Notes: a model not told the origin generated them from the sequence alone. A stretch of 64,000 nucleotides of DNA from Anaeromyces robustus (GCA_002104895.1 MCFG01000060.1:124001-188000), one strand, 5' to 3'; counted from the first letter of the stretch, positions 13,462 through 33,763 are shown. Numbers and translations: made by a program.

Positions 13462-14475
13462 ATGAATTTTAAAATCTTATATTTATTATTAACTTTAAGT
13501 ATCATCAAAGTAAGTTCAAATCCTATAGAAGATAATGGTGAAAAACAAAATGAAATAATATCTACTACAGAAGAATTATCTATAAATAAATTACCTTCAA
13601 AAACGATACCAGATGTTACAATAAATAATGAATCTATCTTTAATAATGATATAATATATGATGAAGAAATAAAAATAATTAAAAGAGCTACTTCCAATAA
13701 AAAAGAAAATGATACTAATAAAGAAGAAATTAAAGATATAAATAATTCCACAACTGAGGTCTCTCCTTTAAATTTAAACACTACTACTACAGTAGCAACA
13801 CCTACCAATGATACGGAAACACAAAATACTTTAAATACCATAAAATTATTAATTGGAGTATTTTTAGTATTTATTATATTGGCAATAATACATATAATTT
13901 CAAATTTAATTATTTTATATAAACTTAATCAAAGTAAATATAAATATGTCAATTTAAATGATAATAATAAAAATAATAATATTAATGGTAATGGGGAAGA
14001 AGAAGCTGATATAGATATTAAATTAATTAATAATACTTCTAAAAATATTTATGCTGCTACTAGTAATAATACGGATAAAATAAATGTAACTATTCAAAAT
14101 AATAATAATAATAATAATAATAACAGTAATACTATGACAAGGGAAAATGTCAATGATAATATGAATGTTTATTCCTATAATAATAATAATAATGAAACTT
14201 TTGGTAATAATAATATTAATAATAATCCATCACAGTTTAATATATCTGATAATAATAATAATAATAATAATGGTGGTGGAGAAATTATTAGTAGTGATGA
14301 TGTACCAAGAGAATTTTTAGAAAATATGATTTTATCTTCTGTACGTAACCCACTTATTCAAGATCAAATTATGCAATTATTAAGATGTCCTAATGATGAT
14401 CAATTATATACTGCAGAACCAATATATGATATTGATTCTAAAGAAGGTTTAAAGGATGAGAAAAAAAGGTTTTAA
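13462..14475 (+). CDS. Intronless single-pass membrane protein: signal peptide, short S/T-rich ectodomain, TM, Asn-rich tail with one diverged copy of the LRR-receptor tail module
   Basis: 337-aa ORF. Signal MNFKILYLLLTLSIIKVSS; T-rich stalk; TM LLIGVFLVFIILAIIHIISNLIILY; VPREFLENMILSSVRNPLIQDQIMQLLR aligns without gaps to LPPNYIENAVLSAVNNRILQNRIISLLQ. Confidence 0.85.
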   Translation: MNFKILYLLLTLSIIKVSSNPIEDNGEKQNEIISTTEELSINKLPSKTIPDVTINNESIFNNDIIYDEEIKIIKRATSNKKENDTNKEEIKDINNSTTEVSPLNLNTTTTVATPTNDTETQNTLNTIKLLIGVFLVFIILAIIHIISNLIILYKLNQSKYKYVNLNDNNKNNNINGNGEEEADIDIKLINNTSKNIYAATSNNTDKINVTIQNNNNNNNNNSNTMTRENVNDNMNVYSYNNNNNETFGNNNINNNPSQFNISDNNNNNNNGGGEIISSDDVPREFLENMILSSVRNPLIQDQIMQLLRCPNDDQLYTAEPIYDIDSKEGLKDEKKRF

Positions 14476-15466
14476 TTAAAATAAAATAAAATAATGAGAA
14501 GGGGAGAGTAAAAAGAAGAAAAAATAAAAAAAAATAAAGAAAGAAAGAAAGAATAATAATAAAAAAGTTGAACTAAAAATAAAAATAAAAACAAACCCTT
14601 TGAAATAATATAAAAACATAAAAAAAAAAAAAAAAAGTAATCAATAAGAAAAATATTAAAATATATATACCCTTTTATATTTTATACCCTTATATATTTT
14701 TTATAATCTAAACAAATTCCATTAAATAATATTAAACATTATAAAAATAAAAAAAGAAAAGAAAAAAAACAGTTATTATTATTATAATGTTTTTTTTTTT
14801 TTTTTCTTTTTATCATAACATTATTAATTAAATAATAAGCTTAAGAAAAATATATATATATTATAAAATAAAATAAAAAATAAAAAAATAAAAGAATAAA
14901 AAATAAAAAATAATGAAAATAATGAAAATAAAAAAAAAAAAAAAAGTTCAAATTTTGTGTATTATTTATTATTTACTTATTTATTATTTATTTATTATTT
15001 TTTTAGTATAAAAAAAATATTTAATTATTTAATTATTTTTTTTTTCTTTTTTTTTATTTATAAGAATAAGTTGTTTTTTTTTTTTTTTTTTTCTAACAAA
15101 AATTTTTTTAAATATTTACTTGTATTTATTAAATTTTATATATACAAGAAAAAAATTTTTTTTTTATATATTTACAATAATTTATTTTTTTTAAGAATTG
15201 TTTCCTATTAATAAAACATTTTTCAAATATTTATATTCATTTATTATTATTATTATTATTATTATATTTATATTTTATTTTATTTTCTTTGTAAAATAGA
15301 ATATATTATAAAAATTAAAAATTATTTTAAAATTATAGGAAATAATTCTTAAAAAAAAAAACAAATATAAAAAAAAAAAAAAGATATATTACAATATATA
15401 TAAATATATAAATTATTTATTTGTATTAATTTGTCTATATATATGTGTTTTTTTTATTAGATGTCA

Positions 15467-15503
<37 letters not shown>

Positions 15504-16321
15504 TAAATATTATAAAAAATAAAAAATAAAAAAAATGTTTAAAATGATTTAATTAAAAAAATTAAAAAATTTATTAAATAAAAGTATCCATAATAAATTA
15601 TTTATTATGTATACTTCATTTAGTAAATTTTTAAACATTTTTTATTTTTTACTACTATTATTTTAATATTTTAATATTTTATTATTTATTCATTTATTTA
15701 ATGATTAAAATAATTTTTAATTATTAAATAATACTTAAAAAAAAAAAAGAAAAAGAAAAAATGTTTTTTTTTTTTTTTTTTTATAAAATCAATTATTTGA
15801 TTATTTAAATATTTTAAATATTTTAAATATTTTATTTTATTTTATTTATATTATTTATTTTTTTAATATTTTATGTATTTATCTTTTTTACTTTTTTTTT
15901 TTATAAAAACTTTTTGTTTTTTTTTTTTTTAATTTTTATTATAATTTAATTGATAATTAATTAATATATATATTTGTTTTTTCTTTAAAGGATATGAAAT
16001 GAAATTGGAATAAATATATATATATATAAATAAATATTATAAGATATGATTAAAAGAAAAAGGAAAAGGAAAAAGAGGATATATATATAAAAAAAATAAA
16101 AATAAAAAATAAAAATAAAAATAAAAATAATAAAAAATAAAAATAAAAATAAAAAATAAATTATGATTATAATTTAAAAAATTCTAACAAGAAAAAAAGA
16201 AAAAAAAAAAAAAAAAACTAAATAATGATAAATTGATGAAAAATGATTGATGATTGATGATTTGACGATTGACGAAAAACGAACGTTATTAAAGTAATAA
16301 AAAATAATTAATAAATAATAA

Positions 16322-16371
<50 letters not shown>

Positions 16372-16701
16372 TAATAATAATAATAATAATTTATTATTTA
16401 TTATAAATTATTATTAATTATTTATGATTTATGATTTATTATAATTATTAATTATTAATTATTATTATTATTATTATATATATATTTCTTTTTATTTATG
16501 TATTGTATTTTTTTTATACTTGTATTATTTGTATATTGTATATTATATATGGTATGCTGTATCTTTTTATATTGTATATATTATAATATATATTTAAATA
16601 ATAATTATTATTATTATTTAATTATTAAAAGGTTTTTTTTTTTTTTTTTTTTTAATTTTATATTTTATTTTTTTTTTTTTTTTTTATTTTAATTTTTTAT
16701 T

Positions 16702-22475
<5,774 letters not shown>

Positions 22476-23449
22476 TCTAAATGAACTAATTTATTATTAT
22501 TTGATTGATAATAATTATAAAAAAATATATATATATATAATATAATATGTATATATATGAATATAATAATTGTATATATAATTGTATAAATATAAAAATA
22601 ATATAATCAAGTTTTTATAGTAGTAATAGTTGTATATTTTAGTTATGCATATATAATATGAATTCTTTGATAATGATATTAATTGATATATATGATATAT
22701 TTACATATAAAATAATTTAAAATAAATTAATTATAAATAAATAAATATAAATTATAACATAAAATAATATAAAATAAATAAAATAAAATATATATATATA
22801 AATAAATAAATTATATATGTTATTATTAATAATATGAAATAAATAATAAATAATAAATTTATAAAATAATGAAATTTGTTTTATTTGTTTTGTTGGTTTT
22901 TTTTTTGAAATCTCTGAATTTATAATTATTTAAAAATAATTATTATATATAATTATATTAATAGATATTGTTTAGATATTATTAAAGTTTTTTTTTTTTT
23001 TTGTATTGAAATATTTTGAAATACAATTTATTTGAAATATAAATATAAATATAATTAAAATAAATTAATTATTTTTAAAAGATTAATACTATAGACTTCG
23101 TTTTATTATTATCATTATCAATCATTATTTTTTTGAATTTTTAATACAATAGAAATCTTTTTTTTTTGTTTTTTGTTGTATATTGTAATATAAATTTTTT
23201 ATAAATTTTTTTGATAATAATCTGTAAAATAAAAAAATAAAAATAAAAAAAATAAAATTTCAAATTCTATAAAATAATTGTTTAATTTTTTTTTTTTTTT
23301 TAATTATTTTTTTAATATTTTTTTAATATAAATTTTTTATTCTTTTTTTTTTTTATTAATTTAAATAAATAAATAAATAAATTAATAATTTTAAATAATT
23401 AATTATTAATAATTTTTGATAAAAATTAAACAAAATAATTAAAAAATTA

Positions 23450-23501
<52 letters not shown>

Positions 23502-24516
23502 ATTAATAAATAAATAAATAAATAAATAAATTGTTAAATAAATATTTAATAAAATAAATGAAGAAATATATAATAATTTAAATAAATAATATTTAATAAT
23601 CATAATAATTATATTTTTTTTATAATATTTTAATAAATAAAATTTTTAAATAAAGCTTCAATAAAAAAAAAAAGATTTTTATTAATTAATTAAAAAAAAA
23701 GGCAAGAATTTCATCCTTTATCAGATATTAATAATAATAAAAAGAAAATCTAATACTAATACCAATAATAATACTAATACCAATAATAATAATCTATCTG
23801 CTATGTATATTGAATGAAAAATGAAGTGAAACAAAAATTTTACTTTTTTATAAATGTTTTTCTTTTTTTTTTTTTTTTTTTTATTTACTATTTACTACAT
23901 ACAAACATACAAACATTCTTTCCTTCCTACATACATACATACACATACATACATTCATATACATGCATATACATACATTTAAATTTAGAGATTGAATTTT
24001 GATAGGAAATGAAACTTTTTCTCAAAAAGATTATTATTATTAATATATAATTCTACAAACTTTTTTATTATAGATAATGCAATATTAAAATTTAAAATTA
24101 TGATCATTACATTTCTTTATTTCTATCTTAAAACCTTTATAAAAAAAGAAAAGAAAAAAAAAGATAAAAAAGTAATCAATGATGAATGAATTATCAAAAA
24201 AAAAAAAAATAAAATAAAATAAAATAAAATAAAATAAAAAATATAATAAAAATAAAATATAAAATATTATATAAAAATATATAAAAATTCAAAATCAGTA
24301 ATTATCAATTTTAAATAAGTAAAGATCTTTTTTTTTTCATTTTAGGTGAAATTAATTTAACTTTTAAAACCTTCCATAATAAATAGATAAATAAATAAAT
24401 GAATAAATAAATAATTAACTAAATAAATATTTAGCTAAAAAAAAAAAGTTTAAATTTTCATTTAAAACTTTTTAAACTTTTTATATTTTATTTTTAAATT
24501 TTAATTTTTTATTATG

Positions 24517-24555
<39 letters not shown>

Positions 24556-24673
24556 AAATATTATCTGTAAATACAATTAGAAGAATTTATTTATACACAA
24601 GTTTACTGTTTCTTTTTTTTTTGTTCATAATTATTGATTTAAGTATTTATATATATATATATTATTTATTAAT

Positions 24674-24744
<71 letters not shown>

Positions 24745-25357
24745 TCTATTTATTTATTTATTTATTTATCTATTTATTTATTTATTTATTTATATTTTAA
24801 TTGATAGTTAAAATATTAACTAATAATTTAAATTAAATTAAATTTGTTCTGTTTTGTCAATGACTTTCAAATTGTTCTGTTACATTTGTTACATTCATTA
24901 AATTTGTATCTGTGGTACTTTTAATATTTGATGGTTTAAATTATAATAATAATCAAACAATTAAAACAAATTAAAATTAATAATAATTAATAAATAAACA
25001 TAATTGTGATTGTGATTATGATTATGATTATAAATAATTATTTAAAATAATAAAATTATTATTATTAATTTAATAAAAAAAAAAAAAAGGACTTAATATT
25101 ATACGTTGTAGTTACTCATCATATATTATATTATAGTACTATAGTAGTAGTACAAAAACAATATATAATATTCATAATAACTTTTTTTTCATTTTTTCTA
25201 TATACTTAGTTTTTCTTCTTTATATATATATATATATATTTTATTTTTATAATTGATAGTTTATAATTAAAATTAAATAAAATAAAATTTTAAAAAAAAA
25301 AGTGAATTTTTAATTAATAATAATTTTTTTTATTTAAAGTTTTCACTCAATAAAAAC

Positions 25358-25413
<56 letters not shown>

Positions 25414-26863
25414 CATTATTATAATTTTTCTTTTTTCTTTTTTCTTTTTTTTTTTAAATATTATGATATATTGTATTGTTTTGTATAATATTTCTCAGCC
25501 TCTCTCATTTTTTTAATAAATTATTTACTTATTTTGCATCAAAGTTAATATCTTCTTTTATTATTATTATTAGTAGTAGTAGTAGTATTTCTAGTTCTTT
25601 TAGTATTATTAGTATTATTAGGTTTGTTGAATTATTTTATAATAATACTTAAAAATATATTAATAATGTATTGTATTATAATATAATTATATTAAATAGT
25701 AAATGAAATATATATTGTATTAATATATAATTTAATTTAATATATGATATTCAATTTATTTTAATATATGATAATATATGACAATATTATAATAAAAAGT
25801 TTTTAATTTGAAAAACTTTAAATATTAAATATTAATAATTAATAATAATTAATAATTAATAATAATTAATAATCTTTTAATCATTGATCTTTTTTTTTTA
25901 TAATAATTTAATTAATTATTATTCCTATAATAAAAAAAGTAAACATTCCAAATGTGTTTACTTTTTTATAATAAGATTAGAATTGAATTGTTAAAATATT
26001 TATTATTATTATAAAGTAAAACAAGAAATAAATAAGTTAAACGTATGACATATTGAAAATTCAGAATAATTATAATAACTATATAATAAATAGCATTAGT
26101 TATTTAAATGGTTAAAAAAAATTGATTAATTATTAATATTTAATATTGAAAAAAAGTAATAATTAATATAAATGCTATAATAGATGATGCCTTTTAAATG
26201 AATCATAACCTTATGCTTATTATTTATAATTCATTATTATTAAAAAAATATTTTTCAATTGTTTTAATTATGACTATTATTAATGATTATTAGAAAAAAT
26301 ATTTAATATTTTAATGATTAATCTTCATTATTAATAAAAATTATTCAGTATTTAATATTATTCATTATTCAGTTAGTCATTATATAATACTATCATTATT
26401 ATTCATTAATAGGTATTATTATCATTATTATTCTTCATATAGTATTATTATTCTTCATATAGTATTATTATTATTATTATTCATTATACAGTATTATTAT
26501 TATAATTATTCATTATATAGGTAATATTATTATTGTTACCAAACACTATTAATTACAATAATCTTAATTCTAATTACTGTTTTATTAATATCATATATAA
26601 GAAAAAAGCATTTATATAAAAAAATTATAAACAATTGTATAATTTTTTTTTATTCAAAAATTCAAAAAGAATAACTTAATTATTCAATTAATATTATAAT
26701 GAAAAAGATAAAATATTGATATATATATTACTATAAATGACCATATTTAATACAATACTAAATTATATTTAATAATTTAGAAATATTAGAAATTATATTA
26801 CAGAGATAATAAATCACTTTAATCATATTGAATAATATAAAATAAATATTTGATAATATTAAA

Positions 26864-26895
<32 letters not shown>

Positions 26896-28117
26896 CAGAT
26901 ATATACATGTATTTATTTTATTTTAATATGATTTAAATATTATCATCATATTTAAAAAAATATTTTTTTTTTCATTTCCTTTTGTAATTATCAATATTAA
27001 TTCCATTTTCTACTTGTTAATATTAAATTTTAATTTTAATGGCGTAAATGGATATTTTTTTATTTTTATTTTTTTATTATTTTATAATTAGATTTATTAT
27101 AAAAAAAAGATTCATTAACGCTATTAAGATTTATGTTTAAATAATCTTTAGAGAAATGAGTCATGAAATAGTAAATAAATAAATTTATTATATAAATAAA
27201 TAAATAAATAATTATAAATAAATGAATAAATAAATCAATCAATCAATAAATAAATAATATAATTTAATGTTTAATAATATTGGTGAAACATTTATAAAAA
27301 AAATTAATTAAAATTTATTTATTTACTATTAAATATCCATTGATATTTATTATTATTATTATTATATTTATTATATTTATATTTTTTTTATTTATTAAAA
27401 TTATATTTATTTATTTACTTAAATATTTTTATTTATGCGTAATAAATTTTAATTATAATTATAATTAATTTTAAATTTTTTTTTGAATTTTGATTTTTAT
27501 AGAATTTGATCCACTCATTTTTTAACACTTTTTTTTATTAAATTTGGAACCATTTTATTGGTTAAAAATAAAAATAATTTTTTTTTTCTTTTTAATTTTG
27601 GTAAAATTTTGGTAAAATGTTGAAAAGAAGTTTGGTCAGTCAGTAAGAAAGTGTTATAAAATGTGGAAATCACATATTCTAACAGAAAGGAAAAAAAAAA
27701 AAAAGAATGAGAAAAAGTTTTTTTTATTTATTTTTCACATTTAATTTTTATTTATTTTTTTAAATATCTTTTTATTTAAAAATTTGTTTTTATTTTTATT
27801 GTATTGTTTTTATATTCGTTCTTTTTTTCTTTTTTTTTCTTTTTTTTTATTTTTCTCTCATTCAATTATTATTTTGTATTTTCATAAATACATAATAAAC
27901 AACAAAACACAAAAAAAAGTTTTTTGTTTCAATTTTCGATCAAAAAAAAAAATTTTTTTAAAATTTTAACCTTAATCTTTTATTTAATTAATTATAAGTA
28001 TTCATTTATTTATTATATATAATTATTTAAATATTATTAATATATATAATTATTTAAATATTATTAATATATCCATTTATTTTATTATATTGTGTTCTCA
28101 TTTATTAGTAAATGTAG

Positions 28118-28192
<75 letters not shown>

Positions 28193-29031
28193 ATATGAAT
28201 AAATAAATGAAAAAATCCATTATCCATTAATTAATAATAAAAAAAATAGAATTTACTTTTAATAATAAAATAGAAAAAGAAAAAAGAATTTACTTTTAAT
28301 AATAATATATTAAAATAAATTATTACAATATATTATGATTATAATCTATTTAATATATCATTGATTAAAATTATTAATAATAAAAAAAACAAAAAACAAA
28401 AAAGCAAAAAAACAAAAGAAAACTAAAAAATAAATAAAAGTATAAAAGAACTTTTCTTTGTTTCTTTTTTTTTTTTTTCTTTTTTTTTATTAAAAGATAA
28501 AAAAAATATAAAAATAAAAAAATAAAAAAATAAATTAATTAATGAAATTAAAATTAAAATTATAATTAATTAAAATATAAAAGAATATTAAAAGAATTGT
28601 TTATTTTTATTTTTATTTTTATTTTTATTTAAAAAAAAATAATTTATTTAAATTTAAAATACCATTTTTTATTTTAGTAATAATTTTTATATACATAATC
28701 TATATAGTATAATTAATTTAATAATAGAAATGTATGTATTTTTTTTATTATAATTATTAATATATAAATAACTTAAATAAAAAAAAGATATAATTTATTA
28801 AAAGTAAATAAAATAATAATAATAAATAATAATAATAATAAAAAAAAAAAAGAATAAAAACGAAAACATTAATTATTATTTTATATTATTATTTATATAT
28901 TTTTTAGATAAAATAATAATTTTGTTTATACCTATAAGTCTACAATATTTAAGTTAGAAAGTAGAAGAAAACAAAAAAAGAAGAAATATATAAGCAAACA
29001 TATTTATAATAAAAATAAATAATATAGAGAA

Positions 29032-29618
29032 ATGAAATCTAAACAAATAATTATTCAACTTTTGGGTCTTCTTTCAACGACTCTTTTAGTTAAAGGTGAT
29101 GATGAATTTATATCTAGTGGAAAAAGAGATAAAGGATATTGTTGTGTAAATATTATTTTCAATGTTGTTTTATTTATTTATTTATTTTTTTAATAATTTT
29201 TTTAATAATGTTAAATTGAATATATATATATTCAATTTGATATTTATAATCGGTTAATAATTAAATATATAAAATTTTTATTACTATAACTTAATATATA
29301 TAAATTTTGGTTATTAATATTAATAATATTATTATTGAATATAAAAAGTTTGAAGGTCAAATTTCTGATTGTCAATGTAAATATGAATCTGTTGAAGAAA
29401 TGAATAAGGAACTTACTCCAGTTCTTAAAGATTTAGTACTTACTACATATTTCCGTTATTATAAAGTAAATATTGTTATATTATTGGTTATTATTATTAT
29501 TATTATTATTATATTTGTTATTTTTTATTATGATATTTAATATATATATTTATTTTTTTTTAAATAAAAAAATATTATTAAAAAAAATAATTATTTATGT
29601 TTTTAATAAATTCATTCA

Positions 29619-29659
<41 letters not shown>

Positions 29660-31520
29660 TATATATAGGTCGATTTATGGAAAGAATGTCCATTCTGGCC
29701 AGATGCTGAATTACTTTGTACAAGTGAACGTTGTTCTGTACCTTCTGTTGATATTGTAATTAGAAAAAAAAAATTATTTATATATTTATTTTTTTATTTA
29801 TTTGCTTATTATATATATAAATATAGAGAGAATTGAAAACATAAATATATATATTATATAAATGTGTATATATATAATTAAAATTAAAATTTAATAATTG
29901 TATTTTATATTATTTTTATTCATTATATAAAATAAAATTAAAAAGAGTAAAATTCCAGATGAATGGAAAGCCGAAAATTTGAGTAAAGTTGAAAAATCTT
30001 CTATATTTGGTGAATCCTCTATGTTTCATAATTGTGATTATTCTTCAAATGAATTTTGTATTTTCGATGAAGAATCTGGAGGTAAATAGATAAAAATAAT
30101 AATAATAAAAATAAAATACTCATTTAGTTTATTTTATTTTATTTTATTTTTTTTTATTTTTTTTTTTTATTTTTTTTTTTAACTTATCATAATATAAGTT
30201 TGATTAATAAATAAGAATTAATTATTTATATAACTATCAATAATTAAAAAACTAATAAATTTTTATATATTTTATATTTTAATTAATTAATTAATTAATT
30301 AATTTATTTATTTTATTGATATAATATTTCTTTTTATAAAAACAATATATATACATATTATATATATAATTATAAGGTTTAAGATATGTTGATTTACCAA
30401 CTAATCCAGAACGTTTTACAGGTTATCAAGGTGATTCAGCTACTCGTGTTTGGAATTCAATTTATAATGAAAATTGTTTCGGTATTCCAAATCATTTAGG
30501 TGATAATAAAGATACTTGTCTTGAAAAACGTGTCTATTATAAATTAATTTCAGGTAATTTTAATATAATATAATCTAAAAACATTTATATTGATTCTATT
30601 TTGTTTTATATTATATTATATTATATTATATTATATAATAATATTTTTTTTTTTATATTATTAGTAATATATGGTATTAATAATAATTTATATATATATA
30701 TATACAAATATTAATATTTTGATATTTAATATTTATTAATAATAATTTATATAAAGGTCTTCATGCTTCTATTTCAACTAATGTTTGTTATTACTGGCTT
30801 GATATGAAAACTGGTGTTTGGGTAAGAATCTTAATATATTGTTATTATTATTATTAATATATATATATATAATTTAATAAGTTATTTTAGATGTAAATTA
30901 ATTAAAATATAAACAATATATAACTAACTATAAATATATATATATATAAATATTTTTTCATTTTTTCATTTATTTATTTATTTATTTATTTATAAAAGGG
31001 TCCAAATATTGATTGTTTTATTTGGAAGATTGGAAAATTCCCAGATCGTATTGAAAATATTTACTTAAACTTTGCCATTTATATTCGTGCTATTAATAAG
31101 ATTTCTGATTATTTAAATAATTATAAATATTGTAATGGAAATGATGAAGAAGACGAAAAAGTTTCTGTAAGTATTATTAAAAAAAAAAAAAAAAAAAAAA
31201 AAATTTTTTATTTTATATATTAAATTTAATATAAATGATTATTATTAATTATTATTGTTATTTTTTATTTTTTTTATTATTTTTTTTATTAAACATATAT
31301 AATTCATAATTTTATTATATATATATAAATAAAAAATATAAAAAATGTTTTTATTATATAAAATTTTTAACTTGATATAAATAGACTTTAATTAAGAAAG
31401 TTACTGATGTTAGTAAGGATTATCCATTCACTTTTGATGAAACTAAATTCTTTAATTCACCAGAAACCAAGGTAAAAAATCAATTAATAATAATTTTTAT
31501 AAGTTGATTAAATAATAATC

Positions 31521-31555
<35 letters not shown>

Positions 31556-32731
31556 CAATTAATAAATAAATAATAAAATTTTTATTTTTATTTTTATTTT
31601 TATTTTTATTTTTATTTTTATTTTTATTTTTATTTTTATTTTTATTTTTATTTTTATTTTTATTTTTATTTTTATTTTTATTTTTATTTTTATTTTTATT
31701 TTTATTTTTATTTTTATTTTTATTTTTATTTTTATTTTTATTTTTATTTTTATTTTTATTTTTATTTTTATTTTTATTTTTATTTTATAGGATTTATTAA
31801 GTGATACTAAATTCCAATTCAGAAATGTTACTCGTATTATGGATTGTGTTGCTTGTGAAAAATGTCGTTTATGGGGTAAATTACAAATTACAGGTCTTGG
31901 TACTGCATTAAAAATTTTATTCTCTACTGATGAGTTAGTATTTTATTTTACTATTATTATTATTAATTATTAATTATTATTAATTATTAATTATTATTAT
32001 TTATTCATTTTATTAATTATAAAATTAAATAATTTTATAATTATTATTATTAACATTTATATATTCATTCATTTTATTTCATTCATTCATTCATTCATTC
32101 ATTCGTTATTTCATTATTTATTTTTTTTTCACACATACACACACACACACATATGTATATATAATATATATTTTAATATAGTGTTTCTTCCCTTTCACTT
32201 AAGAGATCTGAAATTGTTGCCTTTATTAATGGATTTAATAAACTTTCTACAAGTATTAATATGATTGATGAATTTAGAAATTTATGGAAGAAGAGAGATG
32301 CTGAAAAAGCTAATGATGAAAATAAAGATAATAATGATAATACTGAAAAGAAAAAAGAAACCGAAACCTCAACAAAAGAAACACAAGAAGGAGAAGAAAA
32401 AGAAGAAAAGAAACAAACTTTAGATGATAAATTAATTGAAGTTGGTAGAAAAATTTATAATTTCAATAATAAAGTATATGATTTATTAGCCTATTTCCAT
32501 ATTGTAGATTATAATGATAAAGAATTAAGAGAAAAATTCAGTGTTGGTATGATATATTTTGTTTGTTTAATTTCTGCATTTATTGTACAACAAATTGTTA
32601 TTGATAAAGCCATGAAAAAACAAGCTAAAGAATTTAATGAATTACAAAAAGCTAAAGAAATTAAAGACAATAAAGACAATAAAAAATCAATAAATAAAAA
32701 TGAAAAGAAAAAATCAAAAAAGATAAATTAA
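29032..32731 (+). CDS. ERO1: ER oxidoreductin Ero1 (FAD-dependent sulfhydryl oxidase), 10 exons, with C-terminal TM segment and KKxx end
   Basis: Exons 29032-29145, 29349-29465, 29669-29755, 29946-30081, 30377-30553, 30757-30821, 30999-31166, 31385-31471, 31791-31933, 32182-32731. Motifs: signal peptide; [22 protein letters not shown] shuttle pair; [92 protein letters not shown]. Confidence 0.95.
31578..31785. repeat. (TTTTTA)n microsatellite in ERO1 intron 8
   Basis: Near-perfect hexamer run of about 200 bp ending just before the AG acceptor at 31790. Confidence 0.9.
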
Positions 32732-32816
32732 GAAAATAATTATAAAAAAAAAAATAAAAAAATTAAAAAAAAATCAATAAAGTAAAAAAAAAATTAAAAA
32801 AAAAAATAATAAAGTA

Positions 32817-32848
<32 letters not shown>

Positions 32849-33371
32849 AAATAAAATAAAAAATTAAAAATCAAAAAATTAAAAAAATATATATATAATA
32901 AAATAAAAATTTGAATATTTTTATTTTTATTTTATTATTTTTTTTCTTTTCTTTTGTGGGGTTTTTTTTTTTTTATTATTATTTATATATATATAAAAAA
33001 TTTTTTTGTGTATTTCAATTTTAATTTTTGTGTGTGTATGTGTGAATATTTAAAGTAAATAATATAATATTATTTTTAATATATTATATTAGGATAATGA
33101 AAGTTTAAGAAAACAAAACATTTTTACTTTAATAATAATAAGTGTGATGTTTTTTTTATATTTATTTTTTTTTATTATTTTTCAATTTTTTTTTTGTTAC
33201 AAATGTATTAAAATGTAATCTAATGTATTAAATTATAATTTATGTATAAGCCACGATTGTATTAATATATATTATATAATTTATTTATAAATAATTTATA
33301 AATATTATTTAAATATATTTTATATAATTCTTTTTTCTTTTATTATTAAATAACTAAATAAATAAATAAAA

Positions 33372-33418
<47 letters not shown>

Positions 33419-33715
33419 GTAAATAAATAAATAACTAAGTAAATAAATAAATAAAATAAATAAATAAATAAATAAATAAATAAAGTTGTCATAATTATTA
33501 AAAACTAAAAAAAATTATAAAATTTATGACTTATAACAATAATTAATATTAATAAAATAAATAATTATAAATAAATAATAAAAAAAAAAGATTTTTTAGT
33601 TATATTTATTTATTTTTTTTTTTTATAAATAAAATAAAAAATATTTAAAAGAAAATATAATAATTATAATAATAATTATAATAATAATAATAATAATAAT
33701 AATTATAATAATAAT

Positions 33716-33763
<48 letters not shown>

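Noticed and set aside
12850..16692. Short F/Y/I/K-rich ORFs (12850, 13398-, 14957, 16498; also 1376, 5149, 23814, 27784, 46313)
   Set aside because: Low-complexity AT-rich noise or antisense to real genes; no motifs or splice support.
24840..24945. Slightly higher-complexity patch in the TACC-ERO1 intergenic region
   Set aside because: No convincing open frame with splice sites on either strand and no recognisable RNA motif.
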